Shown here: positions 1 to 13,200 of the stretch, piece by piece
Position numbering within the stretch: the stretch's first letter is position 1
Layout of the letters: every line of letters starts with the position of its first letter
Assembly: GCF_006345805.1 (NCBI RefSeq)
Contig: NC_042997.1
Coordinates: 38,936,001 to 39,000,000 of the forward strand
Direction of reading: 5' to 3'
DNA: 64,000 bases
Origin: Octopus sinensis
Lineage: Eukaryota
Program-made: the position numbers and the translations under genes
The notes under the pieces: model-generated
What the model saw: only the letters and a program-made list of their open reading frames with translations
Told to the model about the DNA's origin: nothing
Database searches by the model: none

Positions 1-1743
1 TCCACGTACTTTGTATCTGACTATCGAATAATAGTTTGTTGATACACCTACTAATACACCTACTAATACACCTAGTATTATAAACCGATACTGATATAGA
101 TTATGTCTTAATCTATTTGTTAAATTTTTCACTGCGCTATTTTCTGCAAATATATATTTTTAACCCTTTGCAGTTTATAGGTCTTATTAGCTTTGTATCT
201 TATTCTTTATATTTTTTCTATGTAACTATAATTATTTTGTCATTTTCTAAAATTAAATTATCATAATAATTCTGCTGGGGCTTCATTGCGGTAATATAAC
301 ATTACACTTAATACTTTCTCTTTACCCTTCTACTTTTATTATTATATTCTCAGATGAATTTTAAATGATTCATTTAATTAATCCACACAAAAATGTTTTC
401 CCATTTTTATTTTTTTGTCTTTACCCTGCTGCTATAAGTAACGATATTCTGATGTGTTCGTTACGTCATTTTTATCATATTTTTGCTGTTTTCTTTATCA
501 GTAATGTTCGATCTCATCTCACTTACTTTGATAACTGTGTTAGTTAATTTCGATATTCTCTTAATTGTAGATCATAGGAATTTATCAACGTTTCTTATAT
601 TTATATTTGTATTTTGACGAAACAAATTAAATTATATCAATTTGGCTAACCGTTTTTGTAATGAAACTCTGAGAATAGATATTATAAGACTCTAATTTAA
701 ATATATAGAAGAAATTGTAAATGGATTTAGCAACGTGTTCTCTAGGATTTTAGCAACAATGTCTGCTCTTAGATTATCAACAACGAAGCCAGCACCACCA
801 CTACCGGGCTAGTTTGGTGAAGAAGGTTAATAGAAACTTAGTAAGATAATAAAAAGACTTGGTGAGTGAATGGGTGTGCCAAGAAAAAGGTCGTCAGTTC
901 ATCATTGATTATCAGGCTGCAGTGCGGGAGGACATAAAAATGCATGAGATAATAAACAAGTTCGCTGTATGACCAGTGAAACTGATTGCTAGACGTAAGA
1001 TTTTAATTGTTGTGAAAGCAGTGTCTCTTGGAGAAGGTCACACCGAATTAAAGTCTGAGAAGTCAAGTCAGTATAATGTAATCTTTTATCTCCAACTATA
1101 TGTAACACCCAACGACCTTCAGTATTTTCTTTAGTTTTTATTGATTTTACTCAAAGCCAAGTATGGCAGTGCGATGGCATTCAAGCTATATCTCCTTTTT
1201 ATACCTGATATCTTAGACCTTGTCTATGCACAAGTGTTGTTGTTGTTTCTTAGTGGAGTTGCTTCGCGGTTCGTTAACAAGCAACTGTCATACGAATTAG
1301 TGAGTCTCGAAAAAGTGCCTCAACACGTTCGGATGATACTGCTTTTATAGATGCTTCTCGTGCGCATTGGCATGGTTTGTCCATTTGCTCTCCTAACACT
1401 ATTCACATGGGCGTGCAGGGTCGGGCCACAAGAACCTACACGTGTCGCGTTGTTGTGTGGTTTGTGTGGCCGGTAGCATGTGTTGTCAGGATGGTGCATA
1501 CTAGAGGTTTTCACTGCATAATACATGTCCGTTATTGCAGACAGTGCCTCTCACTTGCTTCTCACATATGCGTTTTCCATCCCTCTATAATCAGGACTAT
1601 CGAGTGCCCAGAGCGGTTAATTCATATGCATATGGTATTTTCATGTGCATGAATATATGGGTAAACACACTGCTTAGTTTTTTACATGGTATGTGTTTTT
1701 GTTTAAAAACATGTGCAAGCACATGACACAAAAATAGACTAAA

Positions 1744-2126
<383 letters not shown>

Positions 2127-2288
2127 CTTGGCCACGTATTTTCTACTATAGCCTCGGGCCAACCAAAGCCTTGTGAGTGGATTTGGTAGACGGAAACCGA
2201 AGTTTAGATATGTACAATATGTATTTTTATTATCTTTATTAATGGATAGACAGAGACGGAAAGGGAAGTAGAAAGGCAGATATGTGTG

Positions 2289-3535
2289 AATTGGGTCATG
2301 CTACAAATTATGCGGTATTTTTTATATTTCTTTTAGGTATCAAAATTAGGATAAACAAAGTTCATTTTAAATCTAAAATATACTCTCCTTCATTTTCTGC
2401 AATGCTGTTCCATCTCTCTGGTACACTTGCAAGGCCCCTCTTCCAAAATTCACTTGTCTGTGACGGAAAATACTCCTCCAGTACTATTCTGATCTCGTCT
2501 ACAGAAATCGTATTTTTTTCTGTCCAAATGATTTTGAAGAGTGTGGAATAAATGATAATTAGATGGAGCAATGTCTGACGAATATGGTGGGTGGGGAATC
2601 GTTTCCCATTCAAACTGCTCCGGCCTTTGGAATGTCATCTTCACTGTATGTGGCCGAGCATTATCCTGATGGAAGAAAACCTTTCGTCTTGAAACCAAAG
2701 ATGGTCACTTTTCTTCTAGTGCTGACTTAAGCCGCTCAAGCTGCTCGCAGTAGATCTCCCTTGTTATCGTTTGGTTTGGATTTAAATGTTCAAAGTAGAC
2801 TAAACCTTTCATATTCCACCAAACAGATGACAATACCTTACGTGAATGAAGACTTTCTTTAGCCTGGGGTGCCACTGTTTTTCCGTTCCCTACCCCCTGA
2901 CATTTTTATAGAGAACCCATTTCTCGTCACCAGTCACTATCCGATCCAAAAAATATTCATTCGTGAGACGTGACAGCAAAGCAGAGCACACATTCACTCT
3001 CTGCACGTGATTAGACTCAGAAAGTTTGTGAGGAACCCATTGATTCAATTTGCTGACTTTTCCGATGGCACGCAGGTGCCGATGAATAGTTTAATGACCA
3101 AATCCAAGCTTCTCCGCTAGTTCCTCGATGGGATTTTGTTCCACCAGGGTTTGCGGAACATCCTCGTCGAGCTCTACAGATCTTCCACGATGAGGATCAT
3201 CTTCTAGGCTGTAGTTTCGGGCTCGGAATTCCACCGTTAACACTGGCTTACTCTTATTGTCCGATCCCCATACGCATTAATATTCATCGCACTTTCTGTT
3301 GTGTTGTTGCCTTTATTGAATTATGTCGAATATGCTCCTTTGTCACTTCCATTTTAGCTTTGAAAAAGTAACTGTTAAAATCGAACTGCACTCTCCAAAA
3401 CTTGCTCTAAGAATAAGTGCATGGTAAAATTCCTACCTGCTTTTAAAACAAGTTGATGCAGGTAATTTACCCCGTCCCCCTCCGACTTTTAATTCATGCA
3501 ATTGAAAAACCGCATTATTTATTAGTTCACTAATA
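2289..3535 (-). mobile_element. Mariner (D,D34D) DNA transposon, full length, decayed
   Basis: Minus-strand translation gives WVPHKLSE, DRIVTGDEKWV, FHQDNARPH, HPPYSSDIAPSNYHLF and C-terminal ERWNSIAENEGEY. Degenerate TIRs with core AATGCGGTTTTT at both ends; about 1.25 kb. Confidence 0.93.
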
Positions 3536-3829
3536 GAATTCAATAAAACTCTCTTTAGATAGATATTTTCCTTTCTGTCCACTAAGCTTAATGCCATGGG
3601 ATTGTTGTATCAATAGCTTACAGCTATAGAATCTCAAGAACATTGTCACGAACTTCTTCTGTGGAGATTTTATGCGAAAATCCGTCATGAATTTGATCCA
3701 GTAATAAGTTAAGAGCATTATGAAATGCATAAACAAACGTAATTTAGAAATTGATATGCTGAATACGTCAATGGAAATTTTGATTTATTTCAAATCATCA
3801 TGCAACCTTTTTAGAAGTATGTAAGTAAG

Positions 3830-3833
<4 letters not shown>

Positions 3834-3891
<58 letters not shown>

Positions 3892-3938
3892 TAATAATAA
3901 TATAATAATAATAAATAATAATAATAATAATAATAATG

Positions 3939-3982
<44 letters not shown>

Positions 3983-4092
3983 TGATGATGATGATAATAA
4001 TAATAATATAATAATAATAATAATAATAACGATAATAATAATAATAACGATAATAATAATAATAACGATAATAATAATAATAATAATAACAA

Positions 4093-4148
<56 letters not shown>

Positions 4149-4238
4149 TGATAATAATAATAATAGTATAATAATAATAATAATAAATAATAATAATAAT
4201 ATAATATAATAATAATAATAATAATAGTAATAATAATA

Positions 4239-4274
<36 letters not shown>

Positions 4275-4326
4275 TAATATAATAATAATAATATAATAAT
4301 AATAGTAATAATAATAATAATAATAA

Positions 4327-4366
<40 letters not shown>
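3834..4366. repeat. Long imperfect (TAA)n microsatellite, about 530 bp
   Basis: Direct inspection. Confidence 0.98.
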
Positions 4367-4367
4367 T

Positions 4368-4698
4368 ATGTGTTGAAATGGGATTCTTTGGGATTTGAAT
4401 AATTCACCTCTGGAAACATGGGTGTTTCATTCAACATCCTTAAACAACACTTATTCAGGGACCTTTTGAGTAGGATGGGCTACTCGACCTGAAGAAAATT
4501 CTAACCGGGCCCCACCTGCAAGGTCATGTGCTGTTTATCTTGATTTGAGATCACCATGTCGCGTACATATGGTTGTGATGCATGTGCCTAGTGTATCCTT
4601 ATCTGACGGGTAGTCATGATGGGTATACTGGGCTTCGTATATTTTACCCCAGTGTCACTATGATGGCATGCACTGCTCTCTCACTCAATAATAATAAT
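4368..4698 (+). mobile_element. Non-coding (AAT)n-tailed retroposon, 5'-truncated copy 1
   Basis: Homologous to 7914-8530 and 8531-8811; all end GCATGCA(C/T)TGCT(C/T)TCTCACT followed by (AAT)n. Confidence 0.8.
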
Positions 4699-4738
4699 AT
4701 ATTTTTAAAAGATTGACGTAACTGTTCACAAAGGAAAC

Positions 4739-5579
4739 AGTCAAGACAAAGAGCGCGATTCGATTGTAATAAATATTTCATTAGTTGAACGATATTTCAA
4801 CATTACGTCTGTCTTTGTCAAGTTCAAAATAAGAAGTGATAAAAATTCAAAATTACAGAAATTTAAACGTAAATTATGAAGGAGAGAAACCAGCGTCCAC
4901 ACGTTGATGGAATGACATCATCAGTTTTTAAGTTACAGGCGAAAAGAAAAAGACAAATAAAAACAGAGAAAAAAAAACAGAAAAAAGAAGACGACAGAAA
5001 ATAGGAAAGAAAAAAGAGAAAGAAGAATATTTAATCAAACAGTTTTGTATAAATTTGATATTCTCCTGTCATCTTATTCATTCCTCCAGGGCGTGATGTT
5101 AATAACCTGCAAACATATTTCTCCTCATACATTCTGAGAACTGAAAGTGAGGCGGATTCAGAATATTTTCTGAGACTATGCACTTTCAAGTCTTCTTCAT
5201 AATTGCAACCTCTTGAAACGAAATGTTCAGCAAGTTCTGTCGAACTACTGTTATTGTGACTGACGTCGAATCTGTGCACATTAAACCTTTTGTTTAATTG
5301 TTCCGTTGTGTAACCAACATAAATTAAGTTGTGTTTCGTGCATTCTGCAGCGTACACCAAATGGGAATCGCCTGTTATAAAATTGAAACTTAAAAACTGA
5401 TGATGTCATTCTATCAACGTGTGAACGCTGGTTGCTCTCGTTCATACTTTACGTTTAAATTTCTGCAATTTTGAATTTTTGTCACTTCTTATTTTGAACT
5501 TGACAAAGACAGACCTACTGTTGAAATATCGTTCAACTAATAAAATATCTTACAATCGAATCGAACTCTTCGTCTTGAC

Positions 5580-5580
<1 letters not shown>
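4739..5580 (-). mobile_element. Penelope-like element 3' part with inverted pseudo-LTRs (about 197-bp arms)
   Basis: 5385-5580 is the reverse complement of 4739-4935 at high identity, with a GIY-YIG ORF between them. A decayed hammerhead-like motif lies at 5496-5534. Confidence 0.85.
5031..5360 (-). CDS. GIY-YIG endonuclease domain of a Penelope-like element (fragment)
   Basis: VYAAECTKHNLIYVGYTTEQLNKRFNVHR...E...GMN matches the PLE-type GIY-YIG pattern (VYxxxC, YVGxT, LxxRxxxH). Confidence 0.88.
   Translation of the reverse strand: MVYAAECTKHNLIYVGYTTEQLNKRFNVHRFDVSHNNSSSTELAEHFVSRGCNYEEDLKVHSLRKYSESASLSVLRMYEEKYVCRLLTSRPGGMNKMTGEYQIYTKLFD

Positions 5581-5653
<73 letters not shown>
5581..5653. 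repeat. (AAT)n microsatellite
   Basis: About 24 perfect units. Confidence 0.98.
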
Positions 5654-5655
<2 letters not shown>

Positions 5656-6178
5656 GATCAGACAAAAAGGATGTGTTTATTAATAGATCAGACAAAAAGG
5701 ATGTGTTTATTAATTGACATGAGTATTCCCTGTGATCACAATATAGCGGCGAAAGAATTTGACAAGATTAGTAAATATAAGGACCTGCTAATGGAAATTG
5801 AAAAAAATGTGGCATCTCAAGACGACTACAGTACCAGTGATTGTAGGATCTCTAGGAATGATAAAAAAAAAGGCACTGAAACCTATTTGAAAAGGATTCC
5901 AGGCTTACCATCCCTACAGGAAGTGCAAAAAATCGTATTAACTGGAACGGCTCATGTACTGAGAAGAGCACTATCGCTGTGAAAACAACATCCATCCATG
6001 AATTTATTTATTTATTTATTTTTAAATACATATGTTATCTGTGAATTTGCGCGTGTAATCTGGGAATGCATACAATGCCCTCCTCTGCCCTAGGTGTATG
6101 GAAAACACTCGGCGAGAAACGGAAGAAAATTTGAAGAAAGAAGGAAAAAAACATAATAATAATAATAATAATAATAAA
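5654..6178 (+). mobile_element. R4/Dong-like non-LTR retrotransposon, short 3' fragment (family A) with (AAT)n tail
   Basis: CLLIDMSIPCDHNIAAKEFDKISKYKDL...IPGLPSLQEVQKIVLTGTAHVLRRALSL is the end of a restriction-like (PD-D/ExK) endonuclease. 3' UTR runs to 6152, then (AAT)n. Confidence 0.88.
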
Positions 6179-7902
6179 ATTGTAAATCAGCTCTTTGAAA
6201 AAAATGGCCATCAACTACAGGGCTTACTAGCGATTGTTAATCAATTGTTAAACAATTCAGTGGTGACATCAGGATGCAATTTGGCCTCGATAAGTTTGCA
6301 AAATTGACAGAAACATCCAACGTTAAGCTTGACCAACAGAATGTCATAAAGGAGTTAGAACCAGTGGAGAGCTACAAATACCTAGGAATATTTGAAGGTG
6401 ATGAAATCAAAAATTCAATGATGAAGAAAAAGACCAGAAGAGAATGTTATCGCAGGGTAAGGGCAATACTCAAGACAGAGCTGAATGCAAGAAACAGGAT
6501 CGAAGCGTTCAATACTTTAGCCATACCGGTCGTAACCGTTTCAATATCATTAACTTGTCAATTACTGAAATATGTAATCTTGATAAAAAATGTTGCCAAT
6601 GTATAGAAGGCACCACCCTAAGGCAGATACAGAACGAATTTACCTGCCAAGAAAAGAGGGTACCCGTGGACTTTTACAACTGGAACTAACAATGAAGATT
6701 ACCATAATTCGTCTCAACACCCACATGAAAAACTCTGATGATTGGATGTTACAACTTGTTATAAAGTATGAAAACAAGAAAGCATCATACTCAGTAACAA
6801 AACAGGCAAAGGAATATCTAAGTGAATTCCGAATACAGCAAATCCCAGAATTAGACATACAAGAAACAAGCACAGAAAAAGCTAAACGCATGAAAACCAG
6901 TGCTAAAACTGCTGCCTTGGATATTCGTACTGATAAATGGCAAGAAAAACCTCTCTATGGCAAATACCCAAAGAGAGCGAATAATGCAGATGTTGACAAA
7001 GCCCTGACACATCAATGGCTAATGGCCTCTGGCTTAAAATCTGAAACAGAAGGGTTTATCATAGCAGCCCAAGATCAATGCCTACCGACAAAGAACTACC
7101 AGGCCAACATATTAAAGAACGGCAGTAGCCCAACATGTCGTGTATGTAAACAACAAAATTAAACCAATGATCATGTTGTCTCCAAGTGCAGTATTCTAAC
7201 GCCTACAGAGTATCTTAACAGGCATGATAGACCAGCACAGTATATTCACTGGGTAATTTGCAAAAACCTAGACCTGCCCCATGATAAAAACTGGTGCTAA
7301 CACAAAGCACCTTCAGTGCTTAAAAATGATCACATCTCACTCCTCTGGAACTTCACCGTTCAAACTGACAGAAAGATAGATGCGAATAGGCCTGACAATA
7401 TATTGAAAGACTTCAGACAAAACTCATGGCTCCTCATTGATTTGACTGTTCCAATCGACATAAATGTATCCGTCAAGATCTACAAAAAACTGAGCAAGTA
7501 TAAAGATCTTGAAATAGAAATTGGTAAAATGTGGAACCGCAAGACTAAAACAATACCTGTTGTCATAGATACCCTGGGAATGATAGCAAAATGGGCTGAT
7601 TCCTACCTAGCTCAGATAAGAGGAAACCCCAAACTGGCAGAAATTCAAAAGATAATGCTCATGGAAACTGCCCATTCCAACGTAAAATACTGTCTATGTA
7701 CTCTCAAATTTTAAAACAAACTTATAATTTTCCTGTTTTCTTAAACATTCTCTAGAACAATACTACGTGCAAAATCAAATATATGACACCCAAGGCATAA
7801 CGCCAACTTGAACTTCTAACTTGTTGTCTCTTGACGTCTATGGGTGAGACGTGGAGTCAACTTGTACAAATGCAAAGCAAAAGTCAACCATATAATAATA
7901 AT
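6179..7902 (+). mobile_element. R4/Dong-like non-LTR retrotransposon, 5'-truncated (family B), frameshifted
   Basis: RT end (QLQGLLAIV, MQFGLDK, YKYLG), KSETEGFIIAAQDQ, CCHC start CRVC, RLE (ANRPDNIL, LLIDLTVP, KLSKYKDL). Flanked by (AAT)n on both sides. Confidence 0.92.
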
Positions 7903-7913
7903 GACAAATAAAT

Positions 7914-8465
7914 TCCCTGAAGCAGTACCAGTCACTGGCTCTCATGGCTTCTGATCTTAACTGATTGGAAGTGTTATCATGTACATTGTTTTGTCTTGAT
8001 ATTAAAGATGGGCTACAGCAAATATTCTGCTCAGTACTACAGATTTGTTTGTCAGTTGTTTGACCTTAACCATTTGAGCATGTCCCTTGGTGGCTGACGA
8101 TATGTACATCTCTAATCACGGGCAGAAGTAGTGGGGGAGCATCATAGCCATGTGTTGGGAGGAATTATTTGGAGTCTGAATAATTCACTCTGGAAACATA
8201 GGTGTTTCGTTCAACATCCTTAAATAAACCTTAGTCAAGGACCTTTTGAGAGGGCTACTCAACCTGATGAAAATTCAAATTGGGCCCCACCTGCAAGGTC
8301 ATGCTGTTTATCTTGATGTGAATTTACCATAGTCGCACAGATATGGTCGTGATGCATGTGCCTGGTGTACCCTAATCATGCAGGTAGTTATGATGGATAT
8401 ACTGGACTTCGTATATTTGTACTCCAGTGTCACTTTGATGGCATGCATTGCTTTCTCACTCAATG

Positions 8466-8530
<65 letters not shown>
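7914..8530 (+). mobile_element. Non-coding (AAT)n-tailed retroposon, longest copy (about 548 bp plus tail)
   Basis: Its 3' 320 bp align with 4368-4686; no ORF seen; (AAT)n tail at 8462-8530. Confidence 0.8.
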
Positions 8531-8531
<1 letters not shown>

Positions 8532-8811
8532 GGTGGTTCGGTCAACATCCTTAAACAACACTTATTCAGGGACCTTTTGAGTGGGATGGGCTACTCGACC
8601 AGAAGAAAATTCTAACTGGGCCCCACCTGCAAGGTCATGTGCTGTTTATCTTGATATGAGATCACCATAGTCGCACAGATATGGTCGTGATGCATGTGCC
8701 TAGTGTACCCTTATCAGACGGGTAGTCATGATGGATATACTGGGCTTCGTATATTTTACCCCAGTATCACTTTGATGGCATGCACTGCTCTCTCACTTAA
8801 TAATAATAATA
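8531..8811 (+). mobile_element. Non-coding (AAT)n-tailed retroposon, 5'-truncated copy 3
   Basis: Starts right after the preceding (AAT)n; same 3' end as copies 1 and 2; followed by (AAT)(AAG)(AAC) runs. Confidence 0.8.
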
Positions 8812-8880
8812 AGAAGAAGAAGAAGAAGAAGAAGAACAACAACAACAACAACAACAATAATAGCAACAATAATAAAACTA

Positions 8881-9222
8881 GTGAAGGCGCATGGCTCAGT
8901 GGTTAGAGCGTCGAGCTTACGATCGTGAGGTTGTGAGCTCGAATCCCGGACCGGGCTGCGTGTTGTGTTCTTGAGCAAGGCACTTTATTTCACGTTGCTC
9001 CAGTTCACTCAGCTGTAGAAATGAGTTGCGACGTCACAGGTGCCAAGCTGTATCAACCTTTGTCTTTCCCTTGGATAACACTGGTGGCGTGGAGAGGGGA
9101 GGCTGGTATGCATGGGCGACTGCTGGCCTTCCATAAAAACAACCTTGCCCGGACTTGTGTCTAGGAGGGTAACTTTCTAGGTGCAATCCCATGGTCATTC
9201 ATGACCGAAGGGGGTCTTTACC
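8881..9222 (+). mobile_element. tRNA-derived SINE, family A
   Basis: A box TGGCTCAGTGG, B-box-like GCTCGAATCCC, central TTCTTGAGCAAGGCACTT block; homologous to 28201-28539 and 33149-33483. Confidence 0.88.
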
Positions 9223-9249
9223 CTTACTAACGAAGACAACGACGACGAC

Positions 9250-9285
<36 letters not shown>

Positions 9286-9550
9286 ATGAAAGTAATTTCT
9301 TGCTGATGGATTTGATTTAATCAAATAAGGTAGAAAAACCAGTCTCAAATTTCTTATAGTTCATAAACCTACAGCTGAAACATTTTAAATCAGCAATATT
9401 TATTCAGTACGATCGATTACACTTGCGACAAAACGTAATTCAATGAAATACTTCATGTCTAACTGGAACCATACTGAATACATATTAAATACGATAGATC
9501 CAATTCATCATTGTTCTTAATGTGTATTGATGTACATCAGAGAGAGAGAG

Positions 9551-9862
<312 letters not shown>

Positions 9863-10258
9863 ATGTTTCTTTATTAGCCACACAGGGCTGCACACAGATA
9901 GAACAAATTACAGGTAGAGCTTTTCTTTTGAAGGTTAAAAAAAAAAAAAAATAATAAAATAAAATAACAATAAAATAAAATAAAAAAAGGGGGTCGATCA
10001 AATGGATCGTAAAGGAGAGAAAGAGGACAAAAAAAGGGGGGTTAAAAAAAAAAAGGGGGAGAGGAAAAAAATTGATCAATAGGGATCGTTATCACAGAAA
10101 TGTCATATGAAGTGTAAAGGGGGACAGGTGAGGTTTACCCGTGGAAAGAAAAGCCTACGGAAAGACCACGGTAACCTCGGTCAATGAAGTCACATTTTAT
10201 ATTTCTTTTTTTTTTTTTTTTTTTTGCAAATAAGACTCTCTGTATTAATTTTTACGGT

Positions 10259-13200
10259 TCATAGAATCATAGTCAAGGTGGCTTCGTCATTCATACGTGC
10301 CATCCTTGCTACATTCACCCATCTTTTTTTAAAACATTCACTAGACAAAACTTGCCTCTCTACTCTCACTTTTTTCTTCAAGTGATACTTGAAGAAGTTG
10401 ATGAGAGATTGACCAGAGAGGAAAGTGTTTGTCTCTAATCCTTTCAGACGCGTCACCAGATACATTCTTTCGCCATAGCCACAAGTATGATAAAAATAGC
10501 TCTCCTTCCCGTTTGAAGGAAGGAGGCCGTGACGATATTAACGATAGACTCGGCTGATAACCGACACGTCCCACACGTGACAGCAGTCGTTCGACATAAG
10601 CCCACAGGTGGAAATTGCTGGACACTGCACGAGTGCGTGCAGAGCGTTTCGTCGCTCTGCCCGCATCTCGGGCAGGTCGCCCCGTGTTTCTCGAGCCATG
10701 CTATAGAGCTTATCCCGAACGGGTAGCGCTTCTCGGTAGCACCGCCAGGCCAGGGATCTCTGGAAGTTGTCCCAGGTCCCGGGCCGAAAGTCGTTTAAAC
10801 AGGCGGGTCAGGTATTCCTCGTCGACGCCCAAGTTTGCCCCGAGCTCGTCGTCGTACCTCCCCTCCACTAATCCCCTATAATGCTTTGTTGTGTTGAAGT
10901 CACTCAAGGTCGACCCGGACGGCAGAGTTGCTTGAGAGCAACGCGACACTCGCGGTGCCATTCGCCCTTCTTCGGCCTCTTTTTGATCCACGACTGTAGT
11001 TCGGTCATGGAGACGAGTTGCGGGAATGCGTGCCTCACAAACGGCGACCACACCTGTTCACCGTCGTCTACATAGAGCGGAGATGTCGCAGTCTCAGCGC
11101 GTGTCTGCGCATCATCAACCACGGCATTGCCAGCCCTCCTTTTAACGGGTGTTGACAGCAAATGGATCGCCTGACCATCGGGACGCATCCTTTCCACAAG
11201 AAGCGAAGAGGATGCGTTCTAGTTTGGTGATGGTAGGGTCGGGACAAGGTACGACGGTCAGGCGGTAGTAGATGATGGCGCGATGTACGCGTTCACCACC
11301 TCCGCCCGACCTTTTAGGGCAGTTTCCTCTCGGCCCATTGCTGGGCGAGAGTGACCACCCTACTCGTTATCTCGTTCCAGTTCTTCTCCATTTGGAGGTC
11401 CGGACCGAACCAGACCCCGAGCAACTCAACCGGCCGTCGGTCCAGCGTCCCACGACGGAGGTACTGGTGGACGCATGGGTTTGCTTCTCCAGGTGCCTAG
11501 AGCCGCAAGCCCACTGACTTTTCCCGGTTGATTTTTGCTCCTGTCACCGCTTTCGTAGTCTTTCAGTGTCTCGCCGACCCGCTCGATGTGCTCGTGGCTG
11601 ACACTATGACGTGACGTCGTCCGCGTATGCAGACACGCTCGTCCCGCATCCTAATTCTCGCGGGATGCCCCTCAGAGTCGCCAGCTTCCGCAGCAGTGGC
11701 TCAAGAGTCAATACGTATAGAAGCGCCGAGAGGGGGCATCCCTGACGGACCGAACGTGCAATGTCGAAGGTCTCGATAGATGTCCATTTACGCGAATACC
11801 GAACGGATGCCTCTGTACAAGGCAGCTACCAGCCGCGGAGACGGGACCGAAACCAGCCGCTCTCAGACTGCCCCCAGTATCGATGGTCTACCCTATCAAA
11901 GGCTTCGATTGATCCAAGTTGATCAGGGCCCCACCCATGCCAGGTTCGTTAACTCCCTGTCTATGATGTAGCGCCAGATGGAGGTTGTCATGGATGCTCC
12001 GGCCCGGCACGGCGCACGTTGTGCGTTGTCGACCAGTTTCTCCATGACAAGCGCCAACCTCTTGGCTAACACCTTTGTCAAAATTTTCAGGTCTGCATTG
12101 AGCAGAGTGATTGGCCTAAAGTTATCTATAATTTTTTCCCTTGTTTGGATCTTTCTTCAGCAGAGTTACAGCTCCTCGCTCACAAAACCGGGTATGCTCC
12201 CGTTTTGCTGCCAGTTGCAGTATACCGCTGCCAAGACGTCTCCAAACAAGTCTGGCATACAATAGTAAAATTCGTAGGGTAGACCATCCAAACCCGTGAT
12301 TTGTCCCTCGAGCATTCTGCCATCGCTTCCCGCACTTCCGCCGCCGTGATGGCACCTTCGCAGCACCCTGCCTTTCTTGTCGAGAGTCGTGGCAGGCTAT
12401 GTAGGTAGGCACTGAAGTCTACCCTACGTTCGTGCCCTCCACTCGTCCCGAACAGTCGGGCAAAATGGCTGAAAGGCCTCACACATTTTACTTGGCTCGA
12501 GCAATTCGCGCCCCTGTTCATCTACCAGTGACCGAATGGTGGCTTTGTTGCCCCTGTTGCGCCTCTGCCACCCGGGCTCTCTCGCGGCTCCAACACCTTC
12601 GTTCCTTAGAGCACGCATCCTAGCTCTGACAGCACATCCTTCGTGTTGGCGTTGAAGTGTTGGTCGAGGGCCAACCTCGCCGCCAAAACGTCGGATGCGA
12701 TGCCGCTTCTAATTGCCTCTTCTAGCTTCTTAACTAGCTCACCCTCTACTCTATTTCTATCTATGGCAGTGCTTTGCTGACCTAATCGCTTCTGCTTTTA
12801 CTGCTCTCTTGAGGGCAAACCACCATTTGTTGTTGATGATGGCTCCCGTCAAAGCCCTCTTTACTAGTGGTGCTAATCCGGTCTCTGAAAACTTGTCTGG
12901 ACGGGAAAATGACGTTCAGTTTCCAGTACCCAGGACCCTGTCTATGTCCTTATCTAAGTCTAGCGTACACGTCACCAATTTGTGATCCGTGTAGCTGACT
13001 GTGTGGAATTGTGGACATCCTAAGTTATCCTTGTCTACTGTCCTACACAGTATCCTATCTAGATACGATCTCGACGACCCACTGCGGTTGCTCCATGTCC
13101 ACGTTGGTGCATTTGGGTGGTCGAGTCGGTACCTGTCAGACAGTTGGAATCGTCTGAGCAGGTCTCTGAGGCATTTGCATCCCCTCTGTTTCTGTCTCTC

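Noticed and set aside
1-1700. Possible decayed 5' region of a Penelope-like or other retroelement on the minus strand
   Set aside because: Only vague Lys/Asn-rich and low-complexity translations with many stops; no motif I could pin down.
8881-8950. tRNA-like sequences here and at 27385, 33149, 34581 and 53510-53583
   Set aside because: They have A and B boxes but no complete acceptor stem, and they continue into shared SINE bodies, so they are SINE heads.
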